DNA of 58,360 nt from a virus (taxonomy: Duplodnaviria > Caudoviricetes). Numbering within the stretch: position 1 is the first letter of the stretch; the number at the start of each line of letters is the position of its first letter. The notes beneath the pieces were generated by a model. It did not search any database. It worked only from the letters and a program-made list of their open reading frames with translations, and had not been told where the DNA came from. Below are positions 48,059 to 57,888 of the stretch, in pieces. The translations under genes and the position numbers were made by a program. The stretch covers positions 1-58,360 of IMG/VR virus record IMGVR_UViG_3300016472_001092. One strand, written 5' to 3'.

Positions 48059-48849
48059 AAATAGGAATCGTGGGGCTTGGTATCGTTGGATCTGCAAATA
48101 AATTTGGATTTGAAAAAAATGGACATCAAGTTTTATGTCATGACTTAAGATTACAAACCCAAATTGAAGATGTCTTAGATACTTCAATTATTTTTTTGTG
48201 TGTACCAACACCCAGTAAAGAAGATGGTAGATGTGATACGTCAATCATAGAGTCAGTAATTGCTTCATTACATGAAAAAAAGTATTCAGGAATTATAGCA
48301 ATAAGATCAACAACAACTCCTGGATTTACACAAAAAATGATTGAGCTTTATGATAACAATAACATTTGTTTTGTACCTGAGTTCTTAAGAGAAAGATATG
48401 CAGTAGAAGATTTTATTAACAATCATAATCTTTTGGCAATAGGAACTGAAAACAAAAAATGTTATGATTTATTATTACAAGTACATGGAAATTTACCTAA
48501 AAATATAGTACAATTATCTCCTACTGAAGCTGAGTTTTTAAAATATTTCAATAATGTTTATGCAGCGCTTAGAATCACATTTGCAAATGTGTTTTTTGAA
48601 GCGTGTGATAAAATGAATTGTGATTATTCAAAAATAAAAAATGCTTATATAAAAACAGGAAAGGCTTTAGATTTGTACTTAAACGTTTCTGATGATTTGC
48701 GGGGTTATGCAGGAATGTGTTTACCTAAAGATACCAAATCTTTTATTAATCTTTTGAAAGATTTAGATTTAAGTTTTGATTTAATAGAATCAATTGATGC
48801 TGATAATTCAAAACTAAAAAAGACTGTGTACAAAGGTATGAGAAGCTAA
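48055..48849 (+). CDS. UDP-glucose/GDP-mannose dehydrogenase family (short form)
   Basis: GLGIVG, CVPTP, RSTT.PG, PEFLRE, AEFLKY..N and GYAGMCLPKD. Confidence 0.85.
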   Translation: MKIGIVGLGIVGSANKFGFEKNGHQVLCHDLRLQTQIEDVLDTSIIFLCVPTPSKEDGRCDTSIIESVIASLHEKKYSGIIAIRSTTTPGFTQKMIELYDNNNICFVPEFLRERYAVEDFINNHNLLAIGTENKKCYDLLLQVHGNLPKNIVQLSPTEAEFLKYFNNVYAALRITFANVFFEACDKMNCDYSKIKNAYIKTGKALDLYLNVSDDLRGYAGMCLPKDTKSFINLLKDLDLSFDLIESIDADNSKLKKTVYKGMRS

Positions 48850-48870
48850 TACAAATTAGTGAGGAATTAT

Positions 48871-50502
48871 ATGAAAATAGCTGGTGTGTGGTCTGGTCAC
48901 GATTGTTCTTTTTGTGTTTTAGAAAACGGTGAACCAATAATTCATGCCGAGTATGAAAGATACAATCGAGAAAAATCACCACCCGGAGATTCAATAAATT
49001 TCTTATTTGAAAGATCTCAGGAAATAGCAAAGGATGTAACGCATTTTGCCTCAGTGCATCCAAACAAAAAAATAAAACAATATTCTGAGTCTTATGAATT
49101 GGCACAGAATGTTGCAACAAAAAATGGTGGAAAGTTTCACTTTTTTTCTCATCATAAGGCTCATGCAGCTAATGCTTTTTATTCAAGCAATTTAGATGAA
49201 GCAATTGTGTTAACCTTAGATGGTGGTGGTATAGAAGATGAGCATGGCGCTGAAACAGCATGTACGATTTGGTATGGAAAAGATTGTTCATTAAAACAGT
49301 TAAAATCTTTTAAACCGTATGAAGTAAACATAGGAGGAGTTTGGACAAGAATTACTCGATATGTTTTTAAACTTCAAAATGGCTGGCCATTAGGAGGAGA
49401 AGAAGGTACCGTCATGGCAATGGCGGCATTTGGTGATGCACAGAAGTACTATAAAGATTTTTTCAAAATGTTGACGGCTGATATTATATCGTCAAGTGCA
49501 AAGCCTCATAATCAACCTCCTGGTGCAACCAGTGATGCAGACCCAACACATCCTTACCTAGAACATTGGGCAGCAATAGCCAGAAGATCTGAACAAGATA
49601 GGTTCGATCTTGCAGCTGGACTCCAATTGGCAACTGAAGATTTACTAAAACAAATCATCAATTTTGCACTTAACATAAGTCAAATAAAATCAAAAAATCT
49701 TTGCATTTCCGGAGGAGTTGCTCTTAATTCTGTTGCGATGGGAAAGATTAAATCATGGTTCCCAGGATTAATAGAAAATGTTTATATTCCTCCTGTTCCT
49801 TATGATGGAGGCTTAGCGATTGGTGCCGCACAAATTGTATGGCATGAAGTTTTGAATAATCCTCGAATTGAATGGAATCAAAATTTTACCCCGTATCTAG
49901 GAGAGACCTGGAACAAAGATCATTTCGATAAGGTAGTAAAAAACTATCCAGTTGAAATAAATGATTGCACTGTTGACAAGTTAGTCGATTATCTAAATGA
50001 TGGAAACATTGTTGCTGTGTTTAATGGAAAGAGCGAATCAGGCCGCCGAGCGTTAGGAAATAGAAGTATTCTTGCTGATCCTCGCAGGGCTGATATGAAA
50101 GATGTAATCAATGAAAAAGTTAAACACAGAAAATGGTTTCGACCGTTTGCTCCTTCTATTTTAGAAGCAGATGCCCATGAATGGTTCAACGACTATCAGG
50201 AAAGTCCATACATGCAATTTGTTCTAAAATTTAAAGAAGAAAAGAAACAATTAGTTCCTGCAGTTGTCCATCAAGATGGAACTGCTAGATTACAAACGGT
50301 TAGAAAAGAAGATAACGAATGGTACTATAACTTTTTATTAAAATGGAAAGAAAAATCTGGAGTTCCAATTATTTTAAACACTAGCTTTAATGACAGAGAA
50401 CCAATCTGTGAAGATGCGTCCCATTCTATCAAATGTTTCTTAGGAACTAGAATTGATTATCTTTATTTTCCAGAATACTCAATCGTTCTTACAAGAAAAT
50501 GA
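48871..50502 (+). CDS. Carbamoyltransferase (NodU/CmcH/TobZ family)
   Basis: GHD, ERYNREK, HHKAHAA, LDGGG, GGVALN, DGGLAIG, RALGNRSILADP, FRPFAPS, HQDGTARLQTV and LNTSFN. Start re-called to ATG at 48871 (GAGGA RBS). Confidence 0.92.
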   Translation: MKIAGVWSGHDCSFCVLENGEPIIHAEYERYNREKSPPGDSINFLFERSQEIAKDVTHFASVHPNKKIKQYSESYELAQNVATKNGGKFHFFSHHKAHAANAFYSSNLDEAIVLTLDGGGIEDEHGAETACTIWYGKDCSLKQLKSFKPYEVNIGGVWTRITRYVFKLQNGWPLGGEEGTVMAMAAFGDAQKYYKDFFKMLTADIISSSAKPHNQPPGATSDADPTHPYLEHWAAIARRSEQDRFDLAAGLQLATEDLLKQIINFALNISQIKSKNLCISGGVALNSVAMGKIKSWFPGLIENVYIPPVPYDGGLAIGAAQIVWHEVLNNPRIEWNQNFTPYLGETWNKDHFDKVVKNYPVEINDCTVDKLVDYLNDGNIVAVFNGKSESGRRALGNRSILADPRRADMKDVINEKVKHRKWFRPFAPSILEADAHEWFNDYQESPYMQFVLKFKEEKKQLVPAVVHQDGTARLQTVRKEDNEWYYNFLLKWKEKSGVPIILNTSFNDREPICEDASHSIKCFLGTRIDYLYFPEYSIVLTRK

Positions 50503-51437
50503 AAGTTTTTATAAATAGAAAATTAAGAAGAAACCCTTGGGGAGGCGGAATACATTTTGCTACGGGATTTGCTGACTATTTGTCTTCGTTGGGTCATAAA
50601 GTAACAACGCAATATGAAGATGATGTTGATATTATTTTAATGATCGATCCACGAGATGATGAAGGATTTGGAGACATTAATCAACTAATACAATATAAAA
50701 ATTTTTTAATAACAAAAAATAGAATAGTAAAAGTTGTTCATAGAATCAATGATTCTGACGTTCCAAGAGGTACAAATTTTCTTGTTGATCTTAACATAAA
50801 AGCAAATAAAGCTATTGCTGCAGATCAAACAATTTTTATTAGTGACTGGTTAAAATCTCATTATGTTGAAAGAGGATTTTCTAAAGATAGCCAAGTTATC
50901 AGAAATGGATGTAATCCTCATTGGTTTTATCCGCAACCAAAAGAAAAAAATGAAAAAATTAGTGTAGTAACTCATCATTGGTCAGACAATTTCAATAAGG
51001 GGTTTGATGCTTATATTGAAATTGATAAAAAGTTATCTCTTTATAGCGATATTGAATTTACATATATCGGAAGATATTACAAAGAGTATCAACCTAAAAA
51101 TACAAAAATAGTTTCTCCATTGTACGGAAAAGAGCTCGGGGACGAATTAAGAAAACACGATGTTTACATAACTGCCGCTAGATGGGAAGCCTGTGGAATG
51201 CATCACATTGAAGCTTCTGCGTGCGGACTTCCAGTTGTTTATCATAAAGATGGTGGTGGAATTAATGAGATGTGCTTGAATCATGGAATCATGATCAATG
51301 ATTGTAAAGAAGCAATTGATGCAATACGTTATGCATACAAAAATAAAAATGAATTAATTTCAAGAATCAATTATGCTTTATTAAACAGTGATCATGTAAA
51401 TGAGTCTTATCTAAAAGTAATTTTATCTTTAATATGA
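50499..51437 (+). CDS. GT4-like glycosyltransferase
   Basis: PWGGG, IRNG, NKG and EACGMHHIEASACGLPV. Confidence 0.83.
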   Translation: MKVFINRKLRRNPWGGGIHFATGFADYLSSLGHKVTTQYEDDVDIILMIDPRDDEGFGDINQLIQYKNFLITKNRIVKVVHRINDSDVPRGTNFLVDLNIKANKAIAADQTIFISDWLKSHYVERGFSKDSQVIRNGCNPHWFYPQPKEKNEKISVVTHHWSDNFNKGFDAYIEIDKKLSLYSDIEFTYIGRYYKEYQPKNTKIVSPLYGKELGDELRKHDVYITAARWEACGMHHIEASACGLPVVYHKDGGGINEMCLNHGIMINDCKEAIDAIRYAYKNKNELISRINYALLNSDHVNESYLKVILSLI

Positions 51438-52369
51438 AAATAGTTGCAATCACTCCTGATAAAAAAAGAGATTATACTACCGAACTAGTAATCGAAGGAT
51501 TTAATAAACTAGGAGTTGAAGTTATTGCGACCGATTCTGGAAACGGAATAACAAAATCTTTTACCGATGAAGAAATTTTATCAATAAAAGATGCAAGTTT
51601 TGCTATCGCTTTTTTTGGTAAAGTTAGAGACAATAAACCACCTCGTCACTATCTAATTGATCAATTAAAAAATAAGTTAAAAATAGCTTACGTAGATGGA
51701 AGCGAGTGGACTTGTACAGGTTATCAAAACAAAAATCAAATGGAGGATTCTATTAAAGATCCCACTTTTAGGCGTGGAGAACCCTGGATTCATGAAAAAA
51801 TGTTATCAACTTGTGATTTTTATTTTAAAAGAGAGTGCTATGAGCAAGATATAAAAAACGGGATAATTCCCTTACCTTTTGGGTTGATGAATCGTCACTT
51901 ATTAAGCGAAGATAATAAAGATATTGATGTTATGTGTGTTTTTGGGCAACACAAAACAGGATTGAGAAAAGAAGTTACAGAATATTGCTTAAATTTAAAC
52001 TCAAAGTATAAGGTTGTTGTTGCTAATAATTTAAATTCAAACGATTATAAAAGCGTTTTGTCAAGGTCTAGAATAGTGGTTGATGCATGGGGTGGTGGTG
52101 ATAACTGTGATAGATTTTGGGAAGCAATCGGTGCAGGAGCTTGTTGTTTATATCAGCAATATAATGTTATTATTGAAAATAAATTTAATGATTTTCAACA
52201 CGCAGTTTCATATAATACAATTGATTCTTTTGCCAAAAAAATAAACATTTTACTGAATTCTAATGAAATGACATCATCAATTGGAAAATCAGGAAAAAAT
52301 CACGCACTAGTTTACCATACCTCAAAAGCAAGAGCAAAAAAAATTATAGATAAAATGGTGATAAAATGA
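51434..52369 (+). CDS. Glycosyltransferase-like protein (GT-B, CgeB-like C-terminus)
   Basis: YFKRE, DIDV, SRIVV...G..CDRFWEAIGAG and HT...RA. Confidence 0.7.
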   Translation: MKIVAITPDKKRDYTTELVIEGFNKLGVEVIATDSGNGITKSFTDEEILSIKDASFAIAFFGKVRDNKPPRHYLIDQLKNKLKIAYVDGSEWTCTGYQNKNQMEDSIKDPTFRRGEPWIHEKMLSTCDFYFKRECYEQDIKNGIIPLPFGLMNRHLLSEDNKDIDVMCVFGQHKTGLRKEVTEYCLNLNSKYKVVVANNLNSNDYKSVLSRSRIVVDAWGGGDNCDRFWEAIGAGACCLYQQYNVIIENKFNDFQHAVSYNTIDSFAKKINILLNSNEMTSSIGKSGKNHALVYHTSKARAKKIIDKMVIK

Positions 52370-53247
52370 TAACTTTTGTTGGGTTCTCAAAAAGAAGTTC
52401 AGGAATAATTCGTGGGAAACAAATTTCAAATGTTATAAAAGGTTCTGACTTTGTTGACGTAGATTTCCCTACGATTCCAAAAAATCCAATAACAATTCAT
52501 GTAAGAAAGTTTAACGAACAATACGCAAAATATTGCAAATCAAAAAACATCAAAGTAGGATTTGATGTTGCAGATAATCCTGTTACTGATTATCTTTACG
52601 GAAGAATAGATCGTGATGATTTATCGACATACGTTAATCCGCTTTGCGATTTTTACATTGTTAACAATGATGTTGTTAAACAACAATTATCGCTACACAC
52701 AGATAAAAATATCTACGTGATTCCTCATCACAATTGTAATTTTTTAAAAAAAACAAAAAGGAAAAATAAACTCACTAAAGTAGGATACGTTGGAGTACCA
52801 GAATACTCAATAAAAGAAGATTACATTTCAGATTTTTGTAGAAAACAAGGAATAGAGTTCATAAATAAAAATCCTCAAACTCACGAAGAACTACAACCAG
52901 TTTTTGAAGAAATAGACATTGGAATTGTTTTTTTTGAAAAAACTTCAATAAAAGAAGGAATTTACGAAAGAGTTATAAAGTATAAACCAAATGTTAAATT
53001 AACTAATTTTCAAAGTTTTGGTATTCCGACGATATGTTTACCATACGAAAGTTATAAACAATTTGGCGAAAATCAATGCATCTTTATAGAAAGTTTTGAA
53101 GAATTAAAGCACAGCATTATCAATTTAGTAAAAGATGATTCATTGTATGATCTTTTATCAAATCAATCAATTGCAGTCGGCGAAAAATATCACATATCCA
53201 AAATTGCAAAATACTATGAAAAAATAGTTGACACGTTGACACTCTAA
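52366..53247 (+). CDS. Putative GT-B glycosyltransferase
   Basis: SGIIRG.Q, VGYVG, DIGI and KPNVKLTNFQSFGIP. Confidence 0.6.
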   Translation: MITFVGFSKRSSGIIRGKQISNVIKGSDFVDVDFPTIPKNPITIHVRKFNEQYAKYCKSKNIKVGFDVADNPVTDYLYGRIDRDDLSTYVNPLCDFYIVNNDVVKQQLSLHTDKNIYVIPHHNCNFLKKTKRKNKLTKVGYVGVPEYSIKEDYISDFCRKQGIEFINKNPQTHEELQPVFEEIDIGIVFFEKTSIKEGIYERVIKYKPNVKLTNFQSFGIPTICLPYESYKQFGENQCIFIESFEELKHSIINLVKDDSLYDLLSNQSIAVGEKYHISKIAKYYEKIVDTLTL

Positions 53248-53263
53248 AATAGATTAGTACAAC

Positions 53264-53938
53264 ATGTTATGTTATTTTCACTATTTAATTTCAAAAGATA
53301 ATGGTAAAAAATCATCAATAATATTTGATGAAATTTATCAAAGGATAGTAAGTTCAAGATTAATTGATAAACTTAAAGAAATTAGAATTGTTACAGTTGG
53401 GGATTATAAAAAGTTATCATTTAATGAATTAAAATATCCTAAATGTAGGATCATACATCACGTTGAAGATGTATATCAATACGAATTTCCAACTTTAATA
53501 AAAATTAAAGAACATGGTCACCAATTAGATGATGATTGCAAAATTCTTTACCTACACTTAAAGGGGGTTGTAAGCAATCAAACTCAATGGAGAAATGACA
53601 TGCTTCATGTCGTTATAGATAAACATCAAAAGTGTATAAGCTCATTAAATGAATATGATTCTTGTGGAGCAAGAATTTGTGAACCTTATGTGATAAATGA
53701 AAAAATACCAAGACACTTTTCTGGAAATTTTTGGTGGACAACCGCAAAACACATAAAAAATTTACCAAACCCAGGTTGTGAATCTTTTTTTAAAGATTTT
53801 GATTTTTTAATTTCAGGTAAAAAAGATAAAAAAAATAATGGTTATATTCTAAAACCGCGTAGATACCTTGCAGAATTTTGGATCGGTTTGTTGGATATTG
53901 ATTTAGAAAAAAAACATAAACTAAAAGAAATCATATGA
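53264..53938 (+). CDS. Hypothetical glycan-cluster protein (putative glycosyltransferase)
   Basis: YEFPTL, YLHLKG, HFSGNFWW and AEFWIG. Confidence 0.6.
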   Translation: MLCYFHYLISKDNGKKSSIIFDEIYQRIVSSRLIDKLKEIRIVTVGDYKKLSFNELKYPKCRIIHHVEDVYQYEFPTLIKIKEHGHQLDDDCKILYLHLKGVVSNQTQWRNDMLHVVIDKHQKCISSLNEYDSCGARICEPYVINEKIPRHFSGNFWWTTAKHIKNLPNPGCESFFKDFDFLISGKKDKKNNGYILKPRRYLAEFWIGLLDIDLEKKHKLKEII

Positions 53939-54912
53939 TAACCTATTTTGGATTAAACACTAGAGAACAAATACAAAATTTTCAAGAAATGTTATTGAAA
54001 AGTAACATTACACAAAAATCAGTTCTTGATAAAAAAATGTCAAATGATTTTTTAGGAAGAAATTTCTCTTGTTTTTTATATGAAAAAAATGACAAAAAAC
54101 TATTAGTTCTTATTGACACCGATGATGGAAGCGGAGGAACTCCTTCAGATTGCAAAATAGTATGGCCAACATTTAATGAAATACTAACGACTTATAAACC
54201 TCATGACTATTTAATTTTAAAACAGCAAGTAAATAGAGACCCCGATTGCAATCAGTTTTACCCATTTAAAACCGATGTTCATTCAATAGGAATGTTTGCT
54301 ACAAATCCAGCAAAAATTTTTAATATTTCGACTCATTTAAAAAACAAAAATCTTGAAAAAGATATTGATGTTTTTTTTGCTGGTGGATTGTCTTTGCAAC
54401 ATTGTAGACCATATGCATGGCCAAAAAATAGAGATATAAAAACCTGGTGGGTTGGTGCTGGAATTAGAGGATACTCAAAAATAAAAGAGATTAAAGAAAA
54501 AAGAAAAGATTTAAATATACAAATTTTTGATGGGGATCTTCCACAAGATAAATTTTTTGAAATGATTCATAGGAGTAAAATTTGTTTAGATTTCCCATGT
54601 GTTGGAAAATCTTCTATGAAATTTTATGAATACATGGTTTTTGAATCTTGTGTTTTGTCATTAAAACAACAAGAAACTCCGTGGTCTTGCGTGGAAGACG
54701 TACATTATTCTTCAATGGGCGATGATTATGATTTTTCTTGTATGGAAAACAAGATAGATTTTTTACTTAACAATCCTAATGTACGAAAAAATATTGAAAA
54801 CAACGTAGCATCAATAAAAAATGAATTAACTCTAGAATTTATTGTGAAAAAAGCACAATCAATCATTGATGCAAAAATAGAAAACATACAAACATTTTCT
54901 ATAGAATATTAA
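53935..54912 (+). CDS. Putative GT-B glycosyltransferase
   Basis: KDIDVFFAG and SKICLDFP.VG....KFYE. Confidence 0.6.
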   Translation: MITYFGLNTREQIQNFQEMLLKSNITQKSVLDKKMSNDFLGRNFSCFLYEKNDKKLLVLIDTDDGSGGTPSDCKIVWPTFNEILTTYKPHDYLILKQQVNRDPDCNQFYPFKTDVHSIGMFATNPAKIFNISTHLKNKNLEKDIDVFFAGGLSLQHCRPYAWPKNRDIKTWWVGAGIRGYSKIKEIKEKRKDLNIQIFDGDLPQDKFFEMIHRSKICLDFPCVGKSSMKFYEYMVFESCVLSLKQQETPWSCVEDVHYSSMGDDYDFSCMENKIDFLLNNPNVRKNIENNVASIKNELTLEFIVKKAQSIIDAKIENIQTFSIEY

Positions 54913-54917
54913 AAATA

Positions 54918-55952
54918 ATGAAAAAGATATTAGTCACAGGATCATCAGGATTAATAGGTTCTGAAGTTTCAAAATTTTTTCTTAACTTAGGATACGTTGT
55001 CGTTGGGATAGACAACAATATGAGAAAAACATTTTTTGGTCCAAATGGTGACACTTCAAATGTGACAAATTTATTGTTGAAAGTTAAAAACTATTCACAC
55101 GAAAGCTGCGACATTAGAGATAAAGAAAAAATTAATGAAATTTTTAAAACTCAAAAACCAGATTTGATAGTTCATGCAGCAGCTCAACCGTCGCACGATT
55201 TGGCTGCAAAAATTCCTTATGATGATTTTCACACGAATGCAACAGGAACTCTAAATATTTTAGAAGCAATACGAGTAAACTGCCCTGAATCCCCAATGAT
55301 TCATGTAAGTACAAATAAGGTTTACGGAGATACACCAAATAAACTTGATCTTATAGAAAAAGAATTTAGATACGATTATTCTTCTTCTAAATATGAAAAT
55401 GGAATTGATGAATCAATGTCAATTGATCAAACGACACATTCATTATTCGGTGTCTCAAAAACAGCAGGTGATCTTTTAGCACAAGAATATGCAAAATACT
55501 TTAACATGCCTATTGGAATTTTTAGAGGAGGATGTTTGACGGGACCTCAACATGCAGGTGTTGAATTACACGGTTTTCTAAATTACATCGTCAAATGTGC
55601 AGTACAAGGAAAACATTATACAATCTACGGATATAAAGGAAAACAAGTTAGAGACCAAATTCATTCTTATGATGTTTGTACAGCATTTCATGAATTCTTA
55701 AAAAATCCTCGACCTGGAGAGGTTTATAACATAGGTGGTTGTAGACAAAATAGTGCATCTATCCTAGAAATAATAAGAGAACTGGGCGAGATGGGTCATA
55801 CTTTAAACTACTCTCTTTCTGATACAGCTAGAATTGGAGATCACATTTGCTATATTTCTAACATGAATAAATTTAAGTCTCACTATCCGGCGTGGAGAAT
55901 GACAAAAGACTTAAAAACAATTCTAAAAGAAATTGTAGAATCATCAAAATGA
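54918..55952 (+). CDS. NAD-dependent epimerase, CDP-paratose 2-epimerase (RfbE)-like
   Basis: TGSSGLIGS, HAAAQPSHD, STNKVYGD, FRGGCLTGP, HGFL, GKQVRD and RIGDH. Confidence 0.82.
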   Translation: MKKILVTGSSGLIGSEVSKFFLNLGYVVVGIDNNMRKTFFGPNGDTSNVTNLLLKVKNYSHESCDIRDKEKINEIFKTQKPDLIVHAAAQPSHDLAAKIPYDDFHTNATGTLNILEAIRVNCPESPMIHVSTNKVYGDTPNKLDLIEKEFRYDYSSSKYENGIDESMSIDQTTHSLFGVSKTAGDLLAQEYAKYFNMPIGIFRGGCLTGPQHAGVELHGFLNYIVKCAVQGKHYTIYGYKGKQVRDQIHSYDVCTAFHEFLKNPRPGEVYNIGGCRQNSASILEIIRELGEMGHTLNYSLSDTARIGDHICYISNMNKFKSHYPAWRMTKDLKTILKEIVESSK

Positions 55953-56887
55953 AAAAAGTAACTTTTGGTATTGTAAGTTGTAATAGATTGTTCTACCTCA
56001 AGAGCTGTGTAGAATCTTTGATTGACACAACACGTGATTACAGCAATAAAGAGTTAATTGTTGTTGACAATGCATCAATAGAACCCGGCATTTCTGAATA
56101 CCTTGATGATTTGGAATCTCGAGGTATAACTGTCATAAAGAAATTAGAAAGAAATCCGGCCAATGAATTTGCAATTGGTTTAAACACGATTATTTCTAAA
56201 GCAACAGGAGACTACATATGCATGTTACAAGGTGACATGCAATTTGTTTTAGATGATTGGTTAAATGATGTCATATCATTTTATGATAAGAATCTTGACG
56301 TTGTTGGTAGCTTCATGCTGGATGCACAACGTAACATCACACACAAATCTCATAAGATTTATAGATTCCCAGATGATAGATGTCCAACGTTTTCAAGAAA
56401 CACTTTCTTTGCAGATATTTCAAGAGATCCAATATCTCCAGCTGCAGACACATTATACAGTAGACAAGTCATAGAACAAATCGCGCCGTGGCACGAAAAA
56501 AACTTGAATCATGAAGGTGGAATGGACTCTGAAAATGAAATGAGAGCAAAGGTTAATAAGTTGATCTCTTCTGGTAAGATACCAAGGTATGTAACAGCGT
56601 TGAGTGCTGTTCCTCAATCAGTTGCAATTTACACTGATCCTCGTGGTACACAAGGTAGAGTTAGGGGAAATAAACGATACGGTTCATACTGGCAAGCGAA
56701 AGATTCTACGGGATGGAAATATTACGATTATATTGACATTCTTGATTATGATCAATCACGCCCTAATTCTATAGAAATTGTAGCTAAACCCATTGGGTTT
56801 AACAAAATGTTGGATGCTAACGGTAATTGGTTAAAAAATCCAATAAGACCTGAAACATCAATAGCAGAAGATTGGGTTGAATTATGA
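55949..56887 (+). CDS. GT2 glycosyltransferase
   Basis: SCNR..YLK.C..SL, ELIVVDNAS and GDYICMLQGD. Start re-called to ATG at 55949. Confidence 0.8.
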   Translation: MKKVTFGIVSCNRLFYLKSCVESLIDTTRDYSNKELIVVDNASIEPGISEYLDDLESRGITVIKKLERNPANEFAIGLNTIISKATGDYICMLQGDMQFVLDDWLNDVISFYDKNLDVVGSFMLDAQRNITHKSHKIYRFPDDRCPTFSRNTFFADISRDPISPAADTLYSRQVIEQIAPWHEKNLNHEGGMDSENEMRAKVNKLISSGKIPRYVTALSAVPQSVAIYTDPRGTQGRVRGNKRYGSYWQAKDSTGWKYYDYIDILDYDQSRPNSIEIVAKPIGFNKMLDANGNWLKNPIRPETSIAEDWVEL

Positions 56888-56925
56888 ACTGAACATATCA
56901 TCAGTCTCTATTAAATTTAAAAACT

Positions 56926-57882
56926 ATGAAAAAGAAATCAATCGCAGTAATTGGACAAGGATTCGTTGGCGGATCTCTTACAACGGTTTTTTCAGAACGT
57001 GGGTTTGATGTATACGCTTATGACAAAGCAGGTAAGTATGCCAAAGGCTCTTTACCCAGCCATGGCGATCCAGTTGCTGGTTATCCCGGATCTATTGCAG
57101 AATTAATTCATGATAATGAGGAAGGTGGTACACCGGGATTTTCTAACGTTTATTTCGTGTGCCTTCCTACACCAATGTATGATGATGGATCAGCAGATCT
57201 TAGTATTGTAGATGGTGCATTAACTGAACTTGCAGCAATATCGGGCGAAAGAATCGCAGTGGTTAAGTCAACGGTTCCCCCAGGTTCAGTAGAGATGTGG
57301 AATAAAAAGTTTGCAGAGACTGGATTGCGTGTGATTTTTAATCCCGAATTTTTGACAGAAGCTAATGCTGTTGATGACATGCGAAATCAAAATCACATCA
57401 TACTTGGCGGACCTCGCCCGTGGATCAATAAGGTTAAACAAATTTTTGAAGCAGCATTTCCAAATGTTCCAATTATTAAAACGTCATCAACAACTGCTGA
57501 GATGGTGAAATACGTTACCAACATTCATCTTGCAGTGAAAGTTGCTCTTGCAAATGAATTTTATCAAATCTGTCAAGCATTAGATAACGCTGGTGCCAAC
57601 ATTGATTATGATAAGGTAATTGAGTATGCAACTCTTGATAAGCGTTTAGGTAATTCTCACTGGAAGGTCCCAGGTCCGATGCCTGCTGATGACACTGGAG
57701 AACCTGCATTTGGATTCGGCGGGAGTTGTTTTGTTAAGGACATCAATGCTCTCATCTCAATTGCAAAAACTTTGGGTGTTGATCCAAAGGTAATGAACGG
57801 TGCATGGCACAAAAACATGGAAGTTCGTCCTCAAAGAGATTGGGAAAAGCTGGTCGGCAGGGCAATCACAAAAAAGAGATAA
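56926..57882 (+). CDS. UDP-glucose/GDP-mannose dehydrogenase family (second, short form)
   Basis: GQGFVG, CLPTP, KSTVPPG, NPEFLTE, AEMVKY..N and GFGGSCFVKD. Confidence 0.87.
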   Translation: MKKKSIAVIGQGFVGGSLTTVFSERGFDVYAYDKAGKYAKGSLPSHGDPVAGYPGSIAELIHDNEEGGTPGFSNVYFVCLPTPMYDDGSADLSIVDGALTELAAISGERIAVVKSTVPPGSVEMWNKKFAETGLRVIFNPEFLTEANAVDDMRNQNHIILGGPRPWINKVKQIFEAAFPNVPIIKTSSTTAEMVKYVTNIHLAVKVALANEFYQICQALDNAGANIDYDKVIEYATLDKRLGNSHWKVPGPMPADDTGEPAFGFGGSCFVKDINALISIAKTLGVDPKVMNGAWHKNMEVRPQRDWEKLVGRAITKKR

Positions 57883-57888
57883 TCATTT

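Noticed and set aside
229-57709. Numerous short antisense or alternate-frame ORFs in the track (e.g. 1272..1589, 5652..6224, 26927..27265, 48746..49120)
   Set aside because: They lie wholly within well-supported genes and are Ser/Pro/Phe-rich shadows of acidic or Lys-rich coding sequence, with no motifs.
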